Assembly (NCBI GenBank): GCA_964016885.1
Contig: OZ024741.1
Coordinates: 46,748,001-46,812,000, forward strand
DNA length: 64,000 bases
DNA from: Eledone cirrhosa
Taxonomy: Eukaryota
Reading direction: 5' to 3'
Position numbers and translations under genes: made by a program. The notes under the pieces are model-generated. The model saw only the letters and a program-made list of their open reading frames with translations, was not told the DNA's origin and ran no database searches. This document shows positions 1 to 12,234 of the stretch, piece by piece. Each line of letters starts with the position of its first letter. The stretch's first letter is position 1.

Positions 1-240
1 TGCAAGAAACCGCTCAACAATATCAGATTTGTAACGAGATGACGGATTGGTAGTCATGAACGGCTATACCATGGGTAGATTTAGAAAATACCTGATAAAC
101 ATATTCAAGGTTTAAATATGATCAGCTCCATAGATCTAATAATAGCTAACACCCCAGGCCTTACGTCAGGTAAACACAACTCAAATAGGAAGCCAAACAA
201 GTTCACGGTATCTATATGTATAACATAACGTGCTCTAATT
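1..240 (+). pseudogene. Degraded Naiad-type Penelope-like RT remnant
   Basis: Translates SDL*RDDGLVVM, matching the GLYRDD(G/A)L RT motif of other PLEs in the window, with a stop in the motif. Confidence 0.6.
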
Positions 241-339
241 ACAATAATTTCAATGGAATACATTTCTAACACGATATCTTACTTTCTTCTTCTTGCCTTT
301 TTCCTTTCTTTCTTTACCCTCTTTTTTCACGAGACTATA

Positions 340-505
340 TAAGTGCAATTATCCCAGTTCATTACTGGTACTTTATTTTATCGACCCCGTAAGGATGAAA
401 GGCAAAGTTAACCTCGGCAGGATTTGAACTCAGATCATAAAGGGCCGTAACTATGCTGCAAAGCATGGCGTCCGACCCTCTACCGATACTACCAATCCAC
501 CACCC
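340..505 (-). mobile_element. tRNA-derived SINE (Meta-domain-like body)
   Basis: Minus strand has the B box GAGTTCAAATCC followed by TTTGCCTTTCATCCTTACGGGGTCGATAAAATAAAGTACCAG; near-identical copies at ~3035-3214 and ~4770-4884, degraded copies at ~1092, ~6470, ~6840. Domain name is recalled, not verified. Confidence 0.8.
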
Positions 506-564
506 TCCTGCCTTCTAAATAATGACAGAAATGTTTATGAATATAAATACAATTTCTGCACAGC

Positions 565-839
565 TACTCTCGGGTCCCAAATATTAGAGGGAGGGTGGGG
601 TGGAAAATTGGTAATTTTTCTAGGTTGTCTCCGATGATTTAAAAAAAACTAGAATTAGATATCGTATGGGATTTCTAATAATGTATTTTCTTTTTTTGTC
701 ATGTATAATGTTTTCTTAATGTATAAAGAAAATTAATTGTTGCAGTAATGCTACCACTTAAAATTAAAATTTTGTCGAAGATAGATGAGCAGAATTTGAT
801 AAGCGGGGGGTGGGGACGATTTTTCGAGACCCGAGAGTA
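565..839. mobile_element. MITE with short TIRs, TA-flanked
   Basis: TACTCTCGGGTC ... GACCCGAGAGTA inverted ends; diverged second copy at ~1841-2105. Confidence 0.7.
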
Positions 840-2237
840 TGTCGATAAAAATTGAGTTCCAAACATTCTCGAAGCTTCCTTGGGGACGTAGTAGTGGATG
901 GTCCAGAATGACCATGATGATCAACAAGGGGAAAAAAGCCACACAAACATTTTGCTGCGTTCGTCATAATACCAAAATGATGAAAACGATTAAATGATGT
1001 CGATTCTAGTTTATGGAATGTTATAAGCGGTGAATTGGTAGAGTCGTTAGAACGTCGGATAGAATGGTTTATGGTATATTCTGGCTCTCTGCTCAACATT
1101 GCCATCCATCCTTTCGAGGTCGATAAAAAGCTACCAGTCTAGTACTGAGGTCGATTCTTCCTCTCTCTGGAAGAAATCTGCTGTACTCAAGCCTGGAGAG
1201 GGATGGGCTCCGCTAGGCTTAAAATGCACAAGAAACCCTGCATATCAATACGGCGTCCCTACGACTCAGGAGTTTCAGGACCATACCATAATCAATAGGT
1301 TCAACAAGTGTTTGGTTGCAAGTTCGAATGAAATTGACTATGTTCAGTGAGGAAATAAATTATATGTGTGTGGTAAAAGGTACTTGTCTGGAATGGTGTG
1401 AGAATTTAATATATATGATAATCCTTGCAAGGACGTCAGACACCAGAAATTCTCTTGAAACCATATGAAAAGGAGAAAACCAATTAGCAGATAAAGGACG
1501 AATAATAATTACAGCAGGTGGTTGAATTCCAGTTTGGATATATTTAAAGAATCTGAAACTAATATATGAGGCTTCGACAAAATAATGTGATATGCAACAA
1601 CAATTTTAATTTTTTTTTGCTCATTTTCAATCTCTGATGTTTAAAAGAAACCAACAGACAAAAAAAAAAAAATTAAACTACTTTTCTAGAAAGTAAAAGA
1701 ACGTTTGAGGAGGTGATGGTTAAAACAAAAATGTATGCTAAAATGAAGTCATTGTGTACAAAAGTTGATATAACTATATACCAGACCTGCCAACATCGAA
1801 AAACTCAAACGTGGTGTACCATGAAATAAACTGCACTAAGTAGTCTCGGGTACCAAATAATAGGGGCGGGGAGTTGGAATAAACTTAAATTCTTATAAGC
1901 GGAGGGAGGGATTCGGTAATATAGTGTATGGGATTTTTGTAAAGTTCTTTTTGTCATATATAATGTTTTTTTAATGTAAAATAAAATTATTAGATTCTCC
2001 AGCTGCTGTATTGATATGAATCACTTACAATAAAATTTCGCCGGAGAGAGATTTGCAAAATTTAATAAGTGGGTGAGGAGTGGGGGGACTGAAAATTACT
2101 AAGTAGTTTATATATATATTTAACTACTTTTGTTTGATGTATTTAGAATTTTGTAATGCAAGGCCAGAATTTTAGTAAATATTTGGAATATAAATGTTGG
2201 ACTTCCCGATTACTTATGACTCACTATATATATATAT

Positions 2238-3008
2238 ATAAGTATGTATACGTACATATATATATGTATACAGACGTATATATATATATATACATACATG
2301 CACACATATATATATGTAAATATGGATTCACCGAATATTTATTATAATGCTCGGTGTGTTTGTAAACAAACATCCCGAATATTAAGCCGTACAGTGTCTA
2401 GCAATAAATGTTCGGTGAATCCATACGTACATATATATATGTGTGCATGTATGTATATATATATACATACTACTGTACGTCTGTATACATATATGTATGT
2501 ACGTATACATACTTATATTTAAGTAACAGCCGTACTAAGAGTGAGAAATGAAATTTCGTTTCTTTTTTTCCGTTTATCGTTTTCGGTACCCCGGCCGATT
2601 AACTCACTCGATATGCAAATTAGGCTGCTCAGCCGTTAATATGCATAATGAAAGTACATACTTTCAGACGTTCAATCATCTGGCAGGAAGGTATACGTGG
2701 CTGACGATAGCTAATAAGCTTGAAACTAGTACAGCATTCCTTTGTCAGTGTTGAACAAACGAGCAACGATGGTTGCTAGACACTACGGCTTAATACGGGA
2801 TGTTTGTTTACAAACACACCGAGCATTATAATAGATGTTCGGTAAATCCATACGTACATATATATGTGTGCATGTATGTATATATATATATATATATACA
2901 TACTACTGTACGTCTGTATACATGTATGTATGTACGTGTACATACTTATATTTAAGTAACAGCCGTACTAAGAGTGGGAAATGAAATTGTTTCATTTTTT
3001 CCGTTTAT
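2238..3008. repeat. Inverted plus direct repeat cluster (A' A spacer A)
   Basis: 2238-2404 is the reverse complement of ~2773-2950; 2403-2577 is a direct copy of ~2829-3008. Confidence 0.8.
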
Positions 3009-3034
3009 ATATATATATATATAATAATAATAAT

Positions 3035-3214
3035 TGTTTCTACTTTAGGCACAAGGCCAGCAATAACCCAGTACATTACTGGTACTTTATTTTATCCATC
3101 CCGTAAGGATGAAAGGCAAAGTTAACCTTGGCGCGATTTGAACTCAGAATGGCAAAGGGCGTAACTCTATGCGTCAAAGCATAGCGTCCGACCCTCTAGC
3201 GATACTGCCAATCC
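3035..3214 (-). mobile_element. tRNA-derived SINE, same family as 340-505
   Basis: Shared body sequence; (ATT)n tail on the minus strand. Confidence 0.8.
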
Positions 3215-3384
3215 AATAATAATAATAATAAGTTGAACGGACCCAGCATAGGTATCAATGCGAGGACCTGTTGCATCTAAGCGTACACAATAGGTAATGT
3301 AAAATACACTCCCAGAGGATACACACAGTTATTCGGGTACACATGAGTGAGTGAGTGTATGTGTGTGTGTCTCTGATGGTAGCT

Positions 3385-3627
3385 AAGATGCTTCCATAGG
3401 CGGTATGCCGGTTGAGCACTCTATGTTCTTACAGAGCAGAATGTGATATAATATAAAACGAAAAATCAGTGATGCATCTGAACTCAATTTATTGTGTGTT
3501 ACAATTGTTTCGCCGGCAGTGAGAAAATTTGATCTGAAATGATTAGAAGTGTCCGACGAACCTGCAGATCCAGAATCAGACAGATCCACACTATGATAGT
3601 GTCTCGAGCTGTCTGCCGGCGAAACAA
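3385..3627. mobile_element. Inverted/rearranged Naiad pseudo-LTR fragment with a split hammerhead
   Basis: 3520-3627 (+) aligns to ~53148-53255; 3385-3519 (-) aligns to ~53243-53390. Confidence 0.75.
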
Positions 3628-4659
3628 AATAATATCAAAATCTCATAGATCCGATATTATGTGAGATAAAGCTTTTACTGTGAAAATATAATAGCAAATA
3701 TAGAGTAATGGAAATGATAAAGGGTTAACTCAACCATAATTCTTGACTGGAACATAGTTTATTAACTCCAGAAAGATGAAAATATAGAAAGTTACCCCAG
3801 CTGATTATTGAACTTAGAACCTAACAGAAGCTAACTAAATACTGTAAGATGTTGTTAAACAATTGAGTCAACATCCCAGGAAACTCTTAAAAAACTGTAA
3901 TGCTTGCACGCCTTTCTTTCTCATCTTTAAGCTCAGAATGTAAAAAGCTGGAACAAATGCCACAAAGCATCTCGTCCAATGCTTTAACATCACCAATTGA
4001 TGGAGCAAAATTTACCAATCATCCTACTGCAGTTCACACCAATGCCCTTTCATCTCAGAAACGTTAGGAGTCTGAAGAGCAATCTTGTTGCTCTTAACAT
4101 AAAACATTTAACACTGCCTGTGTTACTCACCTATGGAATTTACCTGTCTGAGATTGGCAGTTTCTTCAGCCTGCTCCTTGATTATAAGGTTCTCATCGAA
4201 TTGGATTTTATCAACATTGGTGTACTTCAAGATTTAGTCAACCCGCCTTTATTCTTCCATCTGCACAGTAATGATCTAGTCACATCCAATTCTCCGAAAA
4301 CATTATTGTACATCAGATATCATCTTTCAATTCTTAATCTTCCAACACAAGTGAAAGATAGAGGGAAGGGGGGGGGGGCAGTAAAATTGCCATGAAATAC
4401 AAGGTAAACAAGTATAGTTATTAGATTAAATTCTTTTGAAAGTGAATGAGAAAAAGTTTATAGAAAAGATTGCAAAAAAGAAAAAAAAGGACAAGGTGAA
4501 AGAGAATGCATGGTATGGATGTCACTAACTTTTTCATTACTATGGTTTTAATGAATGACACTTCCTATGATTTTCAAGTAATTTTGAAAATAATCAAAAA
4601 TTTGGATGGATTTAGGAATGCGACTAACTTCATTATTAAGCTCGTGTTTGTAGCATAAC

Positions 4660-4982
4660 TTAATCCTTTAGTATTTAAACCCGCCATATCTGACGAGAAT
4701 TCTCTCACCACTTTCTGTCCAAATTGGACGTAACCTCATACTGATGTTAAGGTATTGTTTTCAAAATAATTGTTTCTACTTTTGACACAAGGCCAGCAAT
4801 TACCCAGTACATTACTGGTACTTTATTTTATTGACCCCGTAAGGATGAAAGGCAAAGTTAACCTCGGCGGGATTTGAACTCAGACCAACATCAAAATCTC
4901 ATAGCTTTGATATTCTGTGAGATAAAGCCTTTACTGCAAAAATACAGTAGTAAATATAGAGTAATCTAAATGCTAAAACGTT
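4660..4982. mobile_element. piggyBac-like MITE interrupted by a SINE
   Basis: TTAATCCTTTAGTATTTA left end and TAAATGCTAAAACGTT right end; another right end ending AAAGGGTTAA at ~3635-3728. Confidence 0.55.
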
Positions 4983-5568
4983 CTTACATAAAAATTAAAA
5001 AAATTATGAAAGATTTTTATATAATTGTAAAATCTTTAAATGAATAGTTTGGCACTGTAGAACCAGGGGTGGCTTCAAAAGGATTTTAAATGACTGGAAG
5101 TGACCATTCCAATTTAACAACTGCATTGCAGTGTAGTGTGTATATTTGTAACCATTATGAAAAAGAAGTGTCAATCACTCCAGCCAATAAACTGAAAATA
5201 AATATTTAAAGAAAACTAAAAGACAAAACCATTTGTTGTGTAACTTTTATTTAAAACAATTACAATATAAGAATGAACAATACAATATGAATAGTAGGTT
5301 AATTCAAAATGAAATCAGCTAAGGGAGACAACTCAATAAAACAAAAGTATAATTTTCTTTCTTTTTTTTAATACTATTTAGTGAGGGAGGAAGAAAGTAA
5401 CTGGTGTCATACACACAAAAGGAAATCTTAATTGAAATTTCCCTATTAACAGAGAAAAAAAAATAACACCCTCGTGGCAATTGTTAGCAATTTTCAAAAA
5501 AGGGAAAAAAAAGGGGGGGAAAAGGGGGGGGGGGCAGATAACTGCCAAAAATTAATTTCTAAAAACTA

Positions 5569-5765
5569 CTATATATACTCGAATATAAGCCGAGGAATAT
5601 GTGATAAAAGAATTTTTTTTTTTTTTTAAATTGCTGGTTGGCATATTTTAAATTGAGGTTTGGCATATATACACCATCTGTTGATTTGCTGCCTCAGCTT
5701 ATAAATGGGTTTAAATTTTTGCCACATAAAATAGGATTGGTCAGTTAATATCCAAGTATATACAG
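5569..5765. mobile_element. Tc1/mariner-pogo-type MITE
   Basis: TA|CTATATATACTCGAATATAAGCCGA ... TCAGTTAATATCCAAGTATATACAG|TA imperfect TIRs with TA flanks. Confidence 0.65.
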
Positions 5766-5905
5766 TAAATTACAAGTGGCGTCACTGAAAGGGCAAGAAA
5801 AATTTCTAGGTCAAAGACGTCACAACCTAGAATAAAGGTGGCCCATGGGAGTGTATTCACATAGACTGCGCTTTTCTTATGAGCATCGGAAATTGAACAA
5901 GGAAC

Positions 5906-5985
5906 AGTAAATTACAAATTTCTACTTCAACAGTTCTTCAGTTTATTGTGCTTCATTGTGTTGAAGTAGAAAATTGTAATTTACT
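5906..5985. repeat. 80-bp hairpin (27-bp arms, 1 mismatch)
   Basis: AGTAAATTACAAATTTCTACTTCAACA / TGTTGAAGTAGAAAATTGTAATTTACT. Confidence 0.85.
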
Positions 5986-6094
5986 TGACACAAAGAAATA
6001 AACAAGACACCACAACAAGCTTAGGGAAAAGAGATCTTTAACAGGAACGGACAACTATTTACATGCTTTAGTTTATTACAACTATTAAACAATC

Positions 6095-6320
6095 AATCAA
6101 CAAGATCCCAGGCCTCATTCGCTTAATGAAGACCGAGGAGGCAATGTTTCTATTGCTTTTTTTCCAATTGCTAATACTATCTACTGGTCACAAATCCAAA
6201 CAGAAGAAGCAACGTGAAATAGAGTGTCTTGCAAAAGGACATAATGCATCGCCTGGTCTGGGACTCACAACCTCAGGATTGTGATTCTCATTCTCTAACC
6301 ACCCAGCAACATGCCTTACA
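6095..6320 (-). mobile_element. Degraded CORE-like tRNA SINE
   Basis: GTGAAATAGAGTGTCTTGCAAAAGGACATAA matches the SINE at 59040-59425. Confidence 0.6.
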
Positions 6321-6983
6321 TACAGAAAAAAGAGTTATGAACGATTTGGAGTCATAAGGATGCCATTGTCACACAACCACCATGGTAACTTTAAACCTGG
6401 CAGAGTACATCACTCTCTAGGTCTGAACACAGCCAGTTTCTGAGTGTGAGAGGGGGAAGGGAGAGTATCGACTCCAATACTGGATTGACTAGTACTTTTT
6501 TTTATCAATCTCGAAAGGATGAAAGGCAAAGCATTTTATCTGAAGTTCTAACGACTCTATTCTCTGCCTAATGATATAAATTAGGATGATTTAATTAAGT
6601 GGTGAAGTACTGAGTGCCAAAGGTAAAAAATATTCTTAAGTAAAAAATTTCGTTAGTGGGAGGGAAAATAAAAAAATAAAAAAAATAGATGACTTTAAAA
6701 AGAATTAATTAACAAGAAGCTAGCAATTTTTCAAAATGTATTTACATGTTTAAAAGAAAAAAGTATGTTCTTAGGTTGCAGGCAAGAGACAATGAGGGAC
6801 ATGTTTCAATCTATTACACCTCATAAGCATTATATAATCCCACCGAGGTTAATTTTACCTTTCATCATTACGGGGTTGATAAATTACAGTAACTTACTGG
6901 GGTCAATTAATCAACTTTTCTTTCTACCAAAAATTGTTGGCCTTGTGCCTGAAGTAAAAACCATTTATAGTCTAATCAAGCAT

Positions 6984-7102
6984 GTACAATAGGATGGTTA
7001 GTACAATAGGATGGTTAATACAATAGGATGGTTAGTACAATAGGATGGTTAATACAATAGGATGGTTAGTACAATAGGATGGTTAATACAATAGGATGGT
7101 TA
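6984..7102 (+). repeat. 17-bp minisatellite x7, (G/A)TACAATAGGATGGTTA
   Basis: Direct reading; first base runs G,G,A,G,A,G,A. Confidence 0.95.
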
Positions 7103-7769
7103 TGTGTTGGCCTGATCAGATGAAGTTATGGTGAATCTTATAATGTGGTGGATAGAATTGCTTTAAAAAAAATTGGACAAAATGCATTATGGTATTTTGT
7201 TTACATTCTTCTGTGTTTGAAGTTCAAATCCTATATCCTGTGTTGACTTAAACATTCATCCCTCCAGGATTGATATGACTACACACTTTGGATTTTTGTG
7301 GAAATGTATTCCAATGGTTTGACAGTCCATCTGCTGTCAACATCTAAGGAATACCTATTGTTATAATTGTTATTGTTACCTACCTTTATTTCATTAACCC
7401 TAGTATGCCAGTTTTCAGACATGAGTCACTTGTGGAATAATAGAGTTAGATATCATGATCGCAACACCCCCCAGACACAGGGACAGATCTGTAGAGATTG
7501 AGCCTGATTGTCACCCCAACACCAACTGCCAAGGTAATGGGCATAGACACTGTTATGCTTACTGTGGGAAATTCTTTAACATGCACTGCCATAAAGAAGG
7601 CTGGGCTGGCTTGTCGGAATCTATCATGCACACTGCACCAGGAATTTGTTGACCTGCAGGGCGGATTATATAGAGATGATGCTCTTCTAATTGTAAAAAA
7701 TGTCAACGGTCAACAACTGGAAAAAAGGAAAGCTATAGGACATATATATGGTGGCAGCGGTGGGATATG

Positions 7770-8140
7770 GGGGTGTATTCACCATGAAGCCCAAAAATCC
7801 CTTATAGGTAAGGACGCTCTCCAGTTGATAGAAGCAGTAGACACTGCAAGAGCATTTGAAGCTACTACAAAACAAATGTCCTCAGATTTCAAACAAATAC
7901 AATAGGCAATAGTGTGGATATTATCTCTAGACATGAGACGAAACATATCCACAAGCAAAGAAGTTGCCAGTACTGTGGTACCGAGTATGTGTTCAATGAC
8001 CAGAGGAAATGTCCTGCATTTGGTACACACTGCAAAGCATGTGGAATGCCCAACCACTGGAAAAAATTGTGTAGATTAACAGAATATCACAAATACAAGC
8101 CTCAACTTTCAAAGAAGAGCAGAAAGAAAAGACAATGAGA
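7770..8140 (+). pseudogene. LTR-retrotransposon gag remnant with Zn knuckles, preceded by a tiny PLE RT fragment (~7650-7730)
   Basis: CQYCG...CPAFGTHCKACGMPNHWKKLC (CCHC); GGLYRDDALLIV upstream. Confidence 0.65.
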
Positions 8141-8239
8141 TGTATATGCCCAACAATAGGAATAAAACTTATTAGTGATGTTAATATGATTCAACCATGT
8201 TTATTTACTTGGCATGTTTATATGTGTATATAGCAGAGT

Positions 8240-8344
8240 AATCGTGAACCGACAATTCCGCGAACAACTCAGCGCCAACAATTCAGCACATGACAATTTA
8301 GCGCAAGGACAATTCAGCGCAAGGACAATGCAAAATGATATATA

Positions 8345-8392
<48 letters not shown>

Positions 8393-10212
8393 TTATTTAT
8401 TTAAAAAAGGAAATAGAATGACTTCACTTGTGGTTCCAAATAATTTATTTTCTTCAAAAATCCAAAGGTTTACAATTTGAAATTTTTAAAGAGAGCTGGA
8501 GATGAAATTCTTAAGCAAAGTTTTTTCTTAAGAGAAATATGTGTAGGAATGGGGGAGTGTTGAAAGCGGTTGGTGGTAGTAGTGAGTTGAGATAGCGAGT
8601 GGGGTGGAGGAAAAAGAAAAAAATATATATACAGCAGGTGTGATGTGTTTTGGTCAATTTTAGAATTCTTTTGTTCAAGAAGAATGTTTTTAGAAGGTGT
8701 TTGTGAGCAGCACATTAGGGGGTACAATTTGTTTGGGTCACTTAAGCTTGGATTCTTTTGTTCAAAAGAATGTGTCCCTAGCAATTTTTAGTACCAAAAA
8801 CGAATTTGTGTGTGTGTGTGTGTAGTTAGTTTCTCAGTAGGAAAACAGAATAAAGGATTTTCCACTCCTATCACAACTCACCACTACCACCAACCACTTT
8901 CAATACTCCCCCATTCCTACACATATTAAAACTCCACCCACCCACAAACACACCAAATCCATTTATATAGAACCACACAGCACATACAAATCAGTTTGAA
9001 GACCGCGATTCAGCGAGAAAGTTCTTCACACACACATTATTTGTGGTACTTCCTTTTTAGGAATCCAGTTGGTTATAAACATTTACCAAGTTAAGACTAA
9101 AAAACAGGCCCTATGGAGCACATTGGACGGGAGCACATTTTATTAAATGGATTCTGCTATCGTTTAGATAGAAAACTTAGAAATGGAAAAGAGTCTTGGC
9201 GTTGTACTGAAGACAAATGCAAAGGTCGTATCCATGTTAATGAAAGTTTATGGGAAGATATTACAACGCATACCCATGTGCCGCAGCCAGCAGTATCAAG
9301 GATGAAGCAGATGATTTCAAACATTTGTGAACGAGCTGGTGCATCTAATGATGTCCCGAGAAGAATGATCCAAGAGGCGCAAGTCTCTTTGCCAGATGAA
9401 GCAACAATTTTACTACCTAAGTATTCAGCGCCATAGAAAACGAGATGGTGAGTCAATTCCAGCACCTGATAATGTTAGTGATATTGTATTACCTGAACAT
9501 TTGCGTGTAACACACAGTGGCAAACCTTTTTTATTGCACGATTCCGGCAGTGACGATACCAAAAGAATGTTGATATTTTCGACTGAAAAAAATATTGAAC
9601 ACCTTAAAGAATACAAAAACTGGCTTACAGACGGTACATTTAAAGTAGCCCCGCACCTTTTCTAGCAACTTTATATTATTCATATGCTTTGTGAAGGACG
9701 TGTTTTTCCAGTGATATATATAATATTGCAAAATAAAACAGAGGAATCATATGAGAGAGCATTAAGGACTATTTTGAATTTATACCCGGATCTGAAGCCA
9801 GACACTATGCTCTGTGATTTTGAAAAGGCATTCCAAAATGCATTTACAACTGTTTTTGAAAGCACGCAAATAAGTGGTTGCTTTTTTCACCTCGCTCAGA
9901 GCGTATGGAGGAAAATCTAGTATTTAAATCTTACTCAGCTTTATATAAGGGAGGAACATATTCGTGGATACTGTAAGATGTTAGTAGCTTTAGCTTTTGT
10001 GACAGTTGACGATATTTGTGGAGTATTTGAATCTTTGCAAGATGTTATGCCTCAGGAATTGGAAGAATTAACAAATTATTTCGAAGATACATGGATTGGC
10101 CGCCCCTTCCGCCGTCGTAGAAGGGATGCCATTTTTATACCCGAATTCTGGAGTATTTTTGATCGTGTTCGAGGAGACCTACCAAGGACCAACAATTCTT
10201 TAGAAGCAATGT
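8240..10212 (+). mobile_element. Mutator-like (MULE) element, 5' part with disrupted FLYWCH + DDE transposase (9113-10210)
   Basis: WRC...CKGRI...HTH FLYWCH-like motif, DGTFK, CDFEKA, GCFFHLAQ, PRTNNSLE; stops and frameshifts; tandem ACAATTCAGCGC subrepeats at 8251-8330. Confidence 0.85.
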
Positions 10213-11872
10213 GGAAGCATTTCGGTGCTTTTCAAAAGTGAGGCCCTTGCACAAAAATACTCGGTGACCGCAGTCACCTCTGCCAAATACACCTTTTTCC
10301 CCTTCATACATGGGAAAAAGGACACAGAAAATAAACATTACAAACATACCACCAAATATTAACATCTGGTGGATTCTGGCAGGGTTCTTGGAGGAGGATG
10401 AAGACAATACTGTTGATCCAAAAATCCACAAGTAACACATGGAATGGCACAGCCACTGAGATACGGAACTCTCTAGGCAACTGCGGGAAATGCAAATCAC
10501 CCGGTCTAGATGGTCTACCCTATGAGTTTTACATAGGCATGCCGGACTTTTTGAAAGTGTCCTCGAAGCCGTCTACTGCAACTGGTAGCAGAACAGGAGA
10601 ATTCCCAGTTCTGTAGGCAGGGGCGTAGTAATGCTGATCAGGAAAGACGAGAACAAGGAGGACGAGATACGTCATTTCAGGTCCATAACTCTCCCAAAGA
10701 CAGAGTTAAAGATTTTGGCCAAGGTGTTAGCAACGAGGCTGGCGCTTGTCAAGAACCTGGTGGGAAAGGCTCAAACGTGTGCAATTCCAACCAGGTCCAT
10801 CCACGACAATCTCCACCTCATGCGATACATCATAGAGAGGGTGGGGTGTAAACCTGGCTTCAGTGGGGCTCTGATCAATTTAGATCAGTCTAAGGCATTT
10901 GATAGGGTCGACCATCGATACTTGGAAGCGGTTCTCAAGGCGGCCGGTTTCGGAGCCGTCTTCAGAGGCTGGATCACAGCCACGCATACCAACATATGCT
11001 CGACAGTCAAGGTGAACAGCTACCTATCGGAGTCGTTCCCAATCACACGTTCCATCCAACAGGGATGCCCTCTCTCCTCCATTCTGTACGTGTTGACTCT
11101 CGAGCCACCTATGGACAACTTCCAAAGGTCCCTGGCCTGGCAGTGCTACCGAGGAGTTCTACCACTACGCGATAAGATCTACAGGCATGGATGTCCCGGC
11201 AGGAATCTTTCAAAGAGGACGTGTGCAAGATGCGAGCGGGACATTGAAACCGTCTTGCACGCAGTTGTACACAACCTGGGCATAGCCGACCTGTGGAACT
11301 ACACAGAACAACTACTGTCGCGTGTGGGACAAATCCAGTTGACTGCCGAGTCCATAGTAAGGATCAAATCGCCACCTTCATTTAAAAAGAAAGAGAGGCG
11401 ATTTTCCTCTGTATAGTGGCTATGGTGAAAGAAGTTATATGGTGGACAAGGTTAAGAGGACTAAGGACAGATGCCTTTCTCTCCGGACAACAACTCTTCC
11501 TTTCTTTAGGTACCACTTTAGAAGGAGAATCAGAGTGGAGAGAGAGGTACTGCACCCCAGTAAATTTACTGAAAGGTGGGTGAATGTGGCGAAAATGGCC
11601 CGAGTGATTGGGCCTTCTTTGTATATAAACCTGTAGGTCGAAGAAGAGAGCGGAAGGAAGAAAGGAGCACTTGCACAACATGCTCCTGGAGTTCAGGGTT
11701 GTTCTATCTACGGGGTATAAAGCAACTCATTTGTAACGCCTCCCCCTATTGGGGATTTCGATTATTATATTTTCATGTTAAAACTTTTTTACACGACTGT
11801 ATCTAAAATCCCTGCCATATGTCTTTGTAGTGTCCCCTTTTCTTGTGCACTCTTGTGGCAAATAAAGAAATA
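10213..11872 (+). mobile_element. Tx1/L1-like LINE, internally deleted (ORF1 piece + partial RT + zf-RVT + 3' end)
   Basis: KSPGLDGLP, LDQSKAFDRV, QGCPLS motifs; ORF1 piece matches 13181-13430; AATAAA at the 3' end. Confidence 0.85.
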
Positions 11873-11890
11873 TATCTATCTTATATATGT

Positions 11891-11923
<33 letters not shown>

Positions 11924-12234
11924 TGTGTGAACATATAACAGATAGATACTTCCTTACATTGTCACTATAAGTGCATTACACGCATTTCGCACACTACCTA
12001 CGTAATGCTCTATCTACTCCTGCAATATGGCTATCTTAACATAGTCTGGACGTGTACCACTTAGCTGGTAAGTATTTTGTTAATTTTGCATGCAAAAAAC
12101 AAACTTTTTGTTAAAAAATACATTGTTTTGAGGATTAACCCCCTGGCTAAATTGTCAGCTGGGCGGTAACCGTATTTTTCACCCCTAAGGGGGCGGAAAT
12201 TTTATTTGAAATAATTTTCAAAAGCTGAAATATT

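Noticed and set aside
764-1350. Possible host exons (113-aa and 83-aa ORFs), also 3997-4395
   Set aside because: The first two overlap MITE/SINE remnants; no recognisable domain or splice support for any
6984-7102. CRISPR-like array
   Set aside because: No spacers; eukaryotic minisatellite
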